Source of the DNA: a virus | Lineage: Duplodnaviria > Caudoviricetes | Strand: one strand, 5' to 3' | Length of the DNA stretch: 36,814 nucleotides | Virus record (IMG/VR): IMGVR_UViG_3300020043_001081 | Coordinates: 1 to 36,814 of that record | Made by a program: the position numbers and the translations under genes | In this document: piece by piece, positions 17,316 to 25,531 of the stretch | How the letters are laid out: each line of letters starts with the position of its first letter | How positions within the stretch are numbered: position 1 is the first letter of the stretch | The notes under the pieces: model-generated | The model's database searches: none | Told to the model about the DNA's origin: nothing | What the model saw: only the letters and a program-made list of their open reading frames with translations

Positions 17316-17785
17316 TACTGTCTTGACCAAGTAGTTGATTCAGGAGTTACCGCAGTCCATTGATAACCAATAACGTCACCAATAGCACCCACAGTAGCGT
17401 TACCTGTTACAGCAGCAGAACTAGCAAATATAGAACTGCCATTTGCCGTAACTGTAGCTATACCATTAATAGAAGCAGCACCGACAGTCACAAACGTACC
17501 GTTAGCCGTTACCGTAGCAACACCAGTAACACTAGCTCGTACCGCAGGAGAAGCGTCACCTACAGCCGTTACAGTAGCCGTACCTGTAATGCTTGCTATA
17601 CCGCCATATATCGCTAATCCTGATGCAGATACCGTAGCAGTACCGATAACTGAGGCTGAAATACCTTCGTTCTCAGCATAGCCAGAATCCCAATAGCCAG
17701 CCGTAACGTATAGGTCAGGAGAGCTTAGGTCATCTTCACCATAGCCCTGAAGCCAATAATCAAAATCGACATAATTGTTAGCCAT
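17315..17785 (-). CDS. Structural protein with (A/G)SITGTATVTA repeats
   Basis: About five ~19-20-aa Ala/Thr/Val/Gly repeats; duplicated YV..(D/G)YW..GY.E motif at the N-terminus. Confidence 0.7.
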   Translation of the reverse strand: MANNYVDFDYWLQGYGEDDLSSPDLYVTAGYWDSGYAENEGISASVIGTATVSASGLAIYGGIASITGTATVTAVGDASPAVRASVTGVATVTANGTFVTVGAASINGIATVTANGSSIFASSAAVTGNATVGAIGDVIGYQWTAVTPESTTWSRQ

Positions 17786-18096
17786 TACAATCCACTAATT
17801 TGCTCTGACGTTAACGCCCCAAAATCAGACGAACTAATTGCATTAACCTGCGCAGATTCTAAGACAGATACCTCAACTGTAGTTATCTCTTGCACCGTGT
17901 ACTCAACCCATTGCTCTTGCGATTGCGACCATGACCAATTGCCTTCTGGCTTAGGATCACGAATAACCCAACCCGGTGGATACCACCACACTACCTCTTT
18001 GCCAGCAGGACATTCAGGTTGGTCAGGAACTTCAATCCATCCATCTGTGCCGTCCGTCTCAGGCTTAGGTATAGAACCGTTTTTAGAGTAAAGCAT
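17785..18096 (-). CDS. Putative tail-fibre chaperone or accessory protein
   Basis: Trp/Pro-rich 103-aa ORF immediately after the LamG protein. Confidence 0.5.
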   Translation of the reverse strand: MLYSKNGSIPKPETDGTDGWIEVPDQPECPAGKEVVWWYPPGWVIRDPKPEGNWSWSQSQEQWVEYTVQEITTVEVSVLESAQVNAISSSDFGALTSEQISGL

Positions 18097-18103
18097 AAGT
18101 CAC

Positions 18104-20074
18104 CTATTGGAGAGGGAAGGCTGCGGCAGGAACTGTGTATGTAGAGCCAGAATAACGCGCATAGCCTTTGGTTATTCTAAAGTCATCAATGTATCCACTC
18201 CACGAATACGCTCCAGTATTATCATTTCCAACATAAAGCGTTGGAATAATAGAATAGTTTGTTGTATCTGTTACCTGAGTAATACGAGAACCACCTAAAA
18301 ATACTGATGTGTTATTGGTTGCGCTTCCAGAACGAACCATAGCAAAATGAACCCATGTATTTTGTGGGTAGGATGTTGTAGCAGATATATCAAGAGTAGT
18401 TCCAATATTTACATAGAGTGTTGTACCTACAGTAAATGCACCAAGATATTGACTTGTTTCGCGCATATCAAAAATATATCGCGCTCCTGATGCACCTGTG
18501 TACAACCAGCCTTCTATCGTATAGTCACCACCACCAATAGCGTTGTTAAGTTTGCCTTTTAAACTATCACCAGTACCATCAAAATACATCGACGTAGTGC
18601 CCCACTTCGCCTGTGCCGTGCTTACCTGTGCATTGCCTACAGTCTCTAATACATTCTTAGCAGTAGAGTCGTAGATGCCGGAGTTGGTGTAGTTGAGTAG
18701 GAGTGATGTATTTGTAATTGCCGTAACAGGCGCAGTTGGTAAAGTTAAAGTTGTACCTGTCCCATAAGGATTTGAACCTTTTATAAGTCTGCAACTTGAT
18801 AAATAACCATTGGTTCCAGAGATTACCTGCATATCTCCTTGTCCATAACTTACCGTATATGAAGTATTAGTAGCTACTCTAGTTCCATTTACGTATAGAC
18901 TTCCAGTTGTACCAGTTCTAGTAGCGCAAATGTGATACCACTGATTTACAGTTAAAGTCACACTAGCTGATATGTCATCAGAAGTGTCAGCTTTGCACAT
19001 TGCCAAAGTACCAGTTTTATAGCGAAGAACAGCAGCACCAGTAGTTGTGCTTCCAAAAAACTCACCAGAAACTCCGCCTCCGGCAGCAGTTCCTATAAAA
19101 TAAATCCAGCACTCTATAGAAAAATCACCTGTTCCTAATGCAAATGCAGCATTGCTAGCTGCAACTACAGAATCCCCACTACCATCAAAATACCCACTAC
19201 CACCTACTACAGCAGTATCGTATGCAGCAGTAGGAGCAAATGGGCTGAAGGCTTGGACGGATGGTGATCCTGTCAGAGTTAATGTGTATGCATTTGAGCT
19301 TTGGTCTATAAATCTATTTGCCTGACAAGTAAGCAAAGCCGTATTTGCATCACTACTGTATGCAGACGTTGGAACAGATATTGTTCTTGCTGTTGTAGAT
19401 ACGCGAAGACTTGCAATATATCCATCAAAATATAATGCTGATGCATTTGTAGATGCTCGACCAATCAGAGAACTTGTGTTTTGACCAGCCGTTGCAATTC
19501 CGTACCAAGTACCTGACCCATCTGATGTACCGCCAACATAAATAGTCGCTGTTCCTCCGGTTACGCGAACAGCAACATAAGTCCACGTATTTTTAGGAAT
19601 TACGGCAGTTCCAGTAATTGTTCTTACAGAGCCATCGTAATGATAAAAAATAAGATTACCGGAGCCATTAATACCAAGATTTAAATAAACGTCACCTTTT
19701 CCAATAATACAAGGAAGGTGATATGCGTTAGTTGCTGTTTGATAAGAATTTAAATATACGTATGCTTCAATGGTAAATGTTGTTGTAGAAGCATTTCCGG
19801 TTGTGTAATTAAATAATGATGTTCCGGCATCAATATATGAACTTGAAAAATAGTTACTCCACCCTGTCTGACTAAATGGCGTAAACGTACCCTGAGTCGT
19901 ATTACCATTTCTAGTAATAGTGAAGTTGTTAGTGCTAGAGTCTAAGAACGTATTGTTCTGCGCTCCGTTAGTGCTGCTAGTGTTAAGCAGTAGAGTCGTG
20001 CGATTAAAGTATTCATCGACTGCTGTTGCTATAGCAGTCTTAATGCCAGCAAGAGCCGCCAGAATTCCACTCAT
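18104..20074 (-). CDS. Concanavalin A-like lectin (LamG) multi-domain receptor-binding or tail protein
   Basis: Three repeats of (D/T)(F/Y)(T/S)IE.(W/Y).Y ... W.(H/Y)...R ... (Y/F).(N/G)G ... GY(I/L)...R, with YFDG.GD linkers; start at ATG 20074. Confidence 0.88.
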   Translation of the reverse strand: MSGILAALAGIKTAIATAVDEYFNRTTLLLNTSSTNGAQNNTFLDSSTNNFTITRNGNTTQGTFTPFSQTGWSNYFSSSYIDAGTSLFNYTTGNASTTTFTIEAYVYLNSYQTATNAYHLPCIIGKGDVYLNLGINGSGNLIFYHYDGSVRTITGTAVIPKNTWTYVAVRVTGGTATIYVGGTSDGSGTWYGIATAGQNTSSLIGRASTNASALYFDGYIASLRVSTTARTISVPTSAYSSDANTALLTCQANRFIDQSSNAYTLTLTGSPSVQAFSPFAPTAAYDTAVVGGSGYFDGSGDSVVAASNAAFALGTGDFSIECWIYFIGTAAGGGVSGEFFGSTTTGAAVLRYKTGTLAMCKADTSDDISASVTLTVNQWYHICATRTGTTGSLYVNGTRVATNTSYTVSYGQGDMQVISGTNGYLSSCRLIKGSNPYGTGTTLTLPTAPVTAITNTSLLLNYTNSGIYDSTAKNVLETVGNAQVSTAQAKWGTTSMYFDGTGDSLKGKLNNAIGGGDYTIEGWLYTGASGARYIFDMRETSQYLGAFTVGTTLYVNIGTTLDISATTSYPQNTWVHFAMVRSGSATNNTSVFLGGSRITQVTDTTNYSIIPTLYVGNDNTGAYSWSGYIDDFRITKGYARYSGSTYTVPAAAFPLQ

Positions 20075-20694
20075 GACACGTTCCCTGAAATGATGCAAAC
20101 AGTACCGCTAAGAAATACCACCGTTGCCAAGCCACGAGTAGCCAAAGTAACGCTAGACTTATCCGTATCAGTTCCAGCGATATAAGCCGTAGTAATAGAG
20201 CAAGTGATAGTCACACCAGAGCTAGTATTGTTAGCAATAGCGATAATGTCACCTTCAGCAAATGTAGCGTCAGGAATCGTTATAGAGCCACCTGAGCCTA
20301 CTTGGACATACTTACCTACATCACCTACAGCAAGCGAATAAGAGCCTGTCTTAGTGCCTACAGCCGGTAGATCACGGTAGCCAATAGGGTTAGTGCCATC
20401 AACCGTACAGTTGGTTAGTGTACCTGAGCTAGGAGTCCCCAATACGCCACCGTTAACCACAGCAGCACCAGACGAACCTATATTAACCGCTAAAGCCGTA
20501 GCTACGTTAGTACCTAGACCGCTAACACCAGTAGAAATAGGCAGACCAGTTGCATTAGTCAGAGTAGCTGATGCCGGAGTACCTAACGCACCACCAGACT
20601 GGTATTTGTCCGTATTAAGATTAGTGAAGTTATTATCAACTTCGGTATAACTAAGTGCCGAACCTTTGCCAGCACGAGTAACAATTGTTGACAT
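20071..20694 (-). CDS. Tail fibre-like structural protein
   Basis: TRAGKGSALSYTEVDNNFTNLN N-terminus and LGTP.S.TLTN.T repeated twice. Confidence 0.7.
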   Translation of the reverse strand: MSTIVTRAGKGSALSYTEVDNNFTNLNTDKYQSGGALGTPASATLTNATGLPISTGVSGLGTNVATALAVNIGSSGAAVVNGGVLGTPSSGTLTNCTVDGTNPIGYRDLPAVGTKTGSYSLAVGDVGKYVQVGSGGSITIPDATFAEGDIIAIANNTSSGVTITCSITTAYIAGTDTDKSSVTLATRGLATVVFLSGTVCIISGNVS

Positions 20695-20702
20695 AATTTA
20701 CC

Positions 20703-21089
20703 TCACGCTAAAGTGACTGATAGATTAGTCGATGTTATCTTAAATATATCACCGTTACTAATAGTCTTACTGGTATCTAATGCTGTGTGATACAGAAGAT
20801 TTCCGCTAGTAACCGCATCACGAATACCAACATAAGTAATTGTTCCCCAATCAGCCGTAGCTTGTGGGAATTCAATCGCTGAACTGTTAGAAGTCGCACC
20901 ACCTGAAGGTGAGCTAAATGTGATCGCCTGACGAACATAAGAACCACCAGTAATCTCGGTTCCTGTATCCGCATCAGTCGGATCGTTAGTATATAAAGCT
21001 AAATAAGTGGTAGTCGGCGCAGTGTAGGTAGTACCACGCAGAGTGCCGTTAATTAAAGCCGCTTCTAAATAATTTGACATTTCAGCCAT
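20703..21089 (-). CDS. Conserved virion structural protein
   Basis: MSNYLE...YLALYT.DPTDA..GTE..GGSY.RQ...WGTIT..GI.DA.T.GNLL pattern common in phage tail regions. Confidence 0.7.
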   Translation of the reverse strand: MAEMSNYLEAALINGTLRGTTYTAPTTTYLALYTNDPTDADTGTEITGGSYVRQAITFSSPSGGATSNSSAIEFPQATADWGTITYVGIRDAVTSGNLLYHTALDTSKTISNGDIFKITSTNLSVTLA

Positions 21090-21092
21090 GAT

Positions 21093-21701
21093 TTACCTCA
21101 CAGACATTGACATTGGTTGACCGCCGTATTCACCATTTTGGTCGGCAGTAGAAATTGCTGTAATGCTACGATCATACAAAGCAGCCCATGTCTGAAGTCG
21201 TGCATCATTCATCAAATAGGGTTCAGCTTCGCCCAATGCCGCATACAGCAAAGCATCAGGATAATTAGTTAGGAATACGTTAACGATATTAGTATCAGAT
21301 AGATACTGAGGCTTAGCGTAATACAGCATCTGAACGCTGTAGGCATCATCAGGTATAGGAGCGAACTGAATCTCTGAAGCCAGAATCGTGTAGTTCAATG
21401 GCTTACCTGAATCAGTAGTCCTAGCTATCGCATAAAACGAATTAGGTGAAAGGTACGTAACTGAAGAAGCTGGAGTAGTGCGTAGATGTAAGTCACGCAT
21501 CTCTAGGAAGTCCGTAGGCAAGCCGACAGTTGATTCACCACCTGTAGTAGTAGCACGAGCTACAACGAGCATCTGGCGTGTTCTGAGGTCTCTACGGAGC
21601 CGTTCTTCAGCCAGTTGGATAAAGTCCGGTATCTGTGATGTCAGATCACTACGACCTAAGTAACTCGCTATCGTAGATTTTAACGAACTATAATCCGTCA
21701 T
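21093..21701 (-). CDS. Head-tail adaptor
   Basis: YLGRSDLTSQIPDFIQLAE...LPTDFLE...YPDALLYAAL.EA.PYL.ND.R; position after the capsid block. Confidence 0.75.
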   Translation of the reverse strand: MTDYSSLKSTIASYLGRSDLTSQIPDFIQLAEERLRRDLRTRQMLVVARATTTGGESTVGLPTDFLEMRDLHLRTTPASSVTYLSPNSFYAIARTTDSGKPLNYTILASEIQFAPIPDDAYSVQMLYYAKPQYLSDTNIVNVFLTNYPDALLYAALGEAEPYLMNDARLQTWAALYDRSITAISTADQNGEYGGQPMSMSVR

Positions 21702-21703
21702 AA

Positions 21704-22390
21704 CTATTTCCCTGAGTTGTGTCTCTCCACAGCACCATCTTCTACATCATCCCATCGGTATTCATACGTTCCAATGTGACCAATATGCATAGACAGACTG
21801 TGATCTACATACGTCTGGAATCCGTTATCTAAAGCCTTGACGCAGAAATGCACATCTTCGCCAATAATGCCCTTAGAACCCCAGCCTACGTCATACCACG
21901 GCTTTTTAGTAGCCTCGAATACATCTTTGTGAATCATTACTACACCACCACCTACAGCCGTACAAGGTTCAATACCTTCTTTACCTTTAGAGTCTATTTT
22001 ATGCCAAGCATGGCTAATAATCTTGCCATTTTCGTCTTTTTCTAGCTCTAAATTTAATGCTGTTGGTAGCGTAGGCTTGCGTCTAGTTACTGCATTAACT
22101 CCGACAATCGGCACTTCTCTGCTTAACAATATCTCTATCGTATCGCTAGGGAACCGCATATCTGAATCAATGAACAGAATGTAGTCACAACCCTCTTTTA
22201 ACGCAGCTTCAACCAGCTTTTCACGCTGATCGAATATCAACGTACCAGCCATTGTGTATAACTTTAAGCCGTTCTCACCTGAACCACACCGAAACTTACT
22301 ATCTCGTCCTACCATCTTCGCAAAGTCAAATGCGAATCCTGTATGAACCTCGTCTCTAGCTGGAACGCATACGCCAACTGTTATACCCAT
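21704..22390 (-). CDS. Glycosyltransferase (GT-A fold, GT2-like)
   Basis: YILFIDSDM (DxD motif), GGGVVMI, GEDVHFC, HIG. Confidence 0.82.
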   Translation of the reverse strand: MGITVGVCVPARDEVHTGFAFDFAKMVGRDSKFRCGSGENGLKLYTMAGTLIFDQREKLVEAALKEGCDYILFIDSDMRFPSDTIEILLSREVPIVGVNAVTRRKPTLPTALNLELEKDENGKIISHAWHKIDSKGKEGIEPCTAVGGGVVMIHKDVFEATKKPWYDVGWGSKGIIGEDVHFCVKALDNGFQTYVDHSLSMHIGHIGTYEYRWDDVEDGAVERHNSGK

Positions 22391-22686
22391 TAGATAGTAC
22401 CCCTATAAACTTTATATTGCGCATTCTCGGAATCATTAAGCCATCGAGCAAACGCTACATCATCAACGATTACAAAACCTCTCATAATTCCTTTTTTATT
22501 CAAGTCATCAATGACTGTATCTGGAATTCGAGCTATATGATGTAAATCGTTAAGATGTCCTCGTCTTGCCTTATCTGCCTCTAGGATTTGTTTATTACTT
22601 TCAAGAATCTCAGTAATATCCTGTTTAGTTTCGATGATAATGCCGCCATCACCGTCCGCATGAACAATTTGTTGTCTATAGGTCAT
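22390..22686 (-). CDS. Conserved hypothetical protein following the capsid gene
   Basis: QDITEILESNK...HIARIP...WLND.EN; GAGG RBS. Confidence 0.75.
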   Translation of the reverse strand: MTYRQQIVHADGDGGIIIETKQDITEILESNKQILEADKARRGHLNDLHHIARIPDTVIDDLNKKGIMRGFVIVDDVAFARWLNDSENAQYKVYRGTI

Positions 22687-23276
22687 AAATCCTCAATATG
22701 TGACCAAGTTCTACCAGTTCTTACACCTCGTATGCAGTTAGGAGATACTCCAAGTTGCCTACCAAGTGCTGCATGGTTAAGTGTGCTTGATCTAATTAAT
22801 CGTACTTTTTCGGCATCTAATAATGATTTCCCATTACCTTCGCCTTTTGGAGAAACAACTTTCTTTCTCCCTTTTGCAATCATATCCTGCGTATTATCTT
22901 TAGGAGTCCCAATAGACAAGTGATTAGGATTCACACAACTAGGATTATCGCATTTATGCATAACGTACATACCATTAGGTATATCTTTTTTATTATGCAG
23001 TTTCCAACTTATCCTATGTGCTAATCCATTACCATCTTTTTTAGAACCTAAAGATATTCTCCCGTACCCATTTGAAAGAATCTGACCACTCCAATGCCAA
23101 CATTCATCTTGAGATTTCTTGTCAACAAAATTCCAGAATCTTTCTTCTAAAGTACCTCTTGCACATTTCTTGAAGCTTACTGTTCCATGAGTCTTAAACC
23201 TTACATAATGCTTATAACAAAGGCTTAAATTTTTAACTCTTACATCAGCATCACAACCATCAACACAGCATTTCAT
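22683..23276 (-). mobile_element. Free-standing HNH homing endonuclease gene
   Basis: CWHWSG, GYGRI, AHRISW, VMHKCDNPSCVNPNHL..GT.KDN; N-terminal C..DGC...LC.KHY Zn finger and C-terminal HTH; flanked by a 12-bp direct repeat. Confidence 0.9.
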
Positions 23277-23277
23277 A

Positions 23278-23309
23278 AATCCTCCCCATAGATAACTACA
23301 GGGAGGATT
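23278..23309 (-). promoter_or_regulatory. 14-bp hairpin sequestering the HNH RBS (may also act as post-capsid terminator)
   Basis: AAUCCUCCCUGUAG-UUAU-CUAUGGGGAGGAUU immediately before the AUG at 23276. Confidence 0.75.
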
Positions 23310-23324
23310 ATATATTGAATTACG

Positions 23325-24290
23325 TTATAGTGCCATGTTAAGATCGGCTATTATGCCATGAGCAGCTTCGTTCTTAACTTCCAATGTGCACTCAACCAAA
23401 ATCTGAGTCTTGTCAGCATCACCAGCTTTTGCAAGCTCGTTAGTCATGAAAGGACGCAGATAAGCGATTGCAGCGTACTCAGGATCAAGGATCAGAGCAT
23501 CGCGTGTACGCATGAAGATATTAGGAACAACGCTCATTGAACCGAAGTCAGACAAGTAAACGTCAGCAGCACCGACGATAGTTGCTGCACCAACGCCAGC
23601 ACCACCACCACCAGCATTGACGTTATAACGGTAAGCCGACAGACCTGTGAAGCTAGATACTTTCTGTTTACCAGTAGCACCAACCATCAGAATCTTAGGA
23701 GTCCCGCCAGATGAGAATACCTCAGCGACTACAGACTTCAACAGAGCCTCAGTAAACGTACGTGTGTTACCGTCTGTACGTGTCGATACGCCGATAGTAG
23801 TTGGATCACCACCGTTAGTCTGGACTGACGAGTTAGTCTTAATCCATGACAGCAACGAACCCATCTTACGAGCCGACGAGTTAGACGAACCAGCCGAACG
23901 ACCTTGATTAGCCAAGAGAATAGTTTCCAAGTCACGCTTTAGCTCTTGCGAAGCCTTAGCCAACTGGTATGCCTTCTCAGACTTACGACCTGCTTTGTTA
24001 ACTGTGTCCAGAGTGCCAGAGACTTTGATAGTCTTTTGCAGAATCTGAGTGTAGTTACCCAAGCGAGTTGTAGGTGTCAAAGTAGCGTCAGAAGCATCAG
24101 CACCTTCAACAGCAGCGTTATTTGTAGTAGCGGCTGCGAGGGAGTCGGTCTGCCACTCGTGGTAAACAGCCGTTGCCTTAGTCTTGCCAATAGAACTCAT
24201 GAATGGAGTAGTAGTTGGCGAAATATCATAAATTACGTCGGTCAAATCTTCGCGCTGACCGATTGCGTCGTAGGCGTTATAAATTGCCAT
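23325..24290 (-). CDS. Major capsid protein
   Basis: REDLTDVIYDISPTTTPF, HEWQTDSL, NYTQI..K, ELKRDLE, YLSDFG; follows the scaffold gene. Confidence 0.9.
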   Translation of the reverse strand: MAIYNAYDAIGQREDLTDVIYDISPTTTPFMSSIGKTKATAVYHEWQTDSLAAATTNNAAVEGADASDATLTPTTRLGNYTQILQKTIKVSGTLDTVNKAGRKSEKAYQLAKASQELKRDLETILLANQGRSAGSSNSSARKMGSLLSWIKTNSSVQTNGGDPTTIGVSTRTDGNTRTFTEALLKSVVAEVFSSGGTPKILMVGATGKQKVSSFTGLSAYRYNVNAGGGGAGVGAATIVGAADVYLSDFGSMSVVPNIFMRTRDALILDPEYAAIAYLRPFMTNELAKAGDADKTQILVECTLEVKNEAAHGIIADLNMAL

Positions 24291-24301
24291 GATTCAATCC
24301 T

Positions 24302-25261
24302 TTATAAAAAGCGTTCAAATACACTTGCCGCATCTCGTGGACTGCCACTAGACTTAACTCGTGCCTTTAGTTTCTTCAGTTCTTCAGCACTACTATCTCT
24401 AGGTTTGCTTACGCCTGACTTAATCGCTTTAGGAGCCTCGTTCACCTTCTTGGTGATAGCTGGCTTACTTGCGACTAACTTGTCGTACTGCATCGCCTTA
24501 TAAAGAGTTAGTACAGCCCGACTATCATAGACAGCCGCTAATTCGTTATCAGAGAATCCAATCTGCTTACCAAAAGCGCGAATATCATTTCTGATAGCCT
24601 CACCTTTAGTCGGATCAGAGAACTCAGGGATAAAGCTAGACAATTTCTGCATTTCCTCAGCCACTACGTGCTGCATCTGTGCGTGCCTATCCTGCTCCTG
24701 TTGCTGTTGGATTCGCCTACGTTCATCCTGTACAGCAGCTAGTTGCTTATCTCTCTGAATCATCTCTGCAACCTTTACAGAGTATCCAATAGGATCAGTC
24801 TCTTTCAGGTATTCGAGATTTTCCTCTTGCTGAGGCTGTAGCATTTGCTCAATCATCTCAAGTCTCTGCGCGTACGTATCACGCATTTGCTTGGCTTCCT
24901 GAACAGCTTGACGCTCTGCCTCTACGGCTTTGCGCTCCTCAGCTACTGCTTGCGATTTCTTGGTGTAATCCGTGCCAAGTTGATAAGACTTGATAAGCTC
25001 ATCAAGCGTTACCTCACGTTCTTCTCCGGCTGCTTTAACCAGATACGTAGGCTGCTCTTGCTCCTCACCGTCATCATCTTGTTCTACCTCAGACTCATAT
25101 TCGTCTGATTCGGCATCGCTTTCGTTAGCTTCTGAAGCGGATTCTGGTTGTTCCTTGTCGGAGCCATCTTCCCGATCCATCATGCTCAAGAAAGCGTTAG
25201 CTGCACCTTCTACCGTTAACTCACCACTACCTTGCGGTGTCGTGTTCTGAGTATCGCTCAT
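24302..25261 (-). CDS. Capsid scaffolding protein
   Basis: Acidic N-terminus, GEEREVTLDELIKSYQ...DYTKKSQ, coiled coil; lies between portal and capsid. Confidence 0.85.
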   Translation of the reverse strand: MSDTQNTTPQGSGELTVEGAANAFLSMMDREDGSDKEQPESASEANESDAESDEYESEVEQDDDGEEQEQPTYLVKAAGEEREVTLDELIKSYQLGTDYTKKSQAVAEERKAVEAERQAVQEAKQMRDTYAQRLEMIEQMLQPQQEENLEYLKETDPIGYSVKVAEMIQRDKQLAAVQDERRRIQQQQEQDRHAQMQHVVAEEMQKLSSFIPEFSDPTKGEAIRNDIRAFGKQIGFSDNELAAVYDSRAVLTLYKAMQYDKLVASKPAITKKVNEAPKAIKSGVSKPRDSSAEELKKLKARVKSSGSPRDAASVFERFL

Positions 25262-25300
25262 TTAGTTTCCTTAATTATATCGCCAACCGGACGATTCGGA

Positions 25301-25531
25301 CTACAAAATCTTTAACTTTTTTTCATCAATGATCTTCTGATCTGCCAATCCTTGAATGTAGTTATCAATGGATTCTAAGACTCTAAGACGTAGATACGCT
25401 TCCTCGCGTGTCTCTATATCCCCGTAGCCGCTATTCAAAAACTTAGCTATCTCCATACCTCTGAGTTCTTCCATCATATCGATGAAGTAATCGTCTCTTA
25501 GTAAGTTGTTAGCCCAATCTGATTTCTTCAC
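25301..25531 (-). CDS. Small conserved protein between portal and scaffold
   Basis: 76-aa helical ORF containing REEAY; GTG start overlapping the portal stop. Confidence 0.75.
   Translation of the reverse strand: MKKSDWANNLLRDDYFIDMMEELRGMEIAKFLNSGYGDIETREEAYLRLRVLESIDNYIQGLADQKIIDEKKLKIL

Noticed and set aside
18104-20074. Diversity-generating retroelement target in the lectin-like protein
   Set aside because: No reverse transcriptase gene and no template/variable repeat pair differing at adenines was seen.
23946-24503. 185-aa + strand ORF and similar antisense ORFs over structural genes
   Set aside because: Shadow ORFs opposite well-supported genes, with no RBS or motifs.
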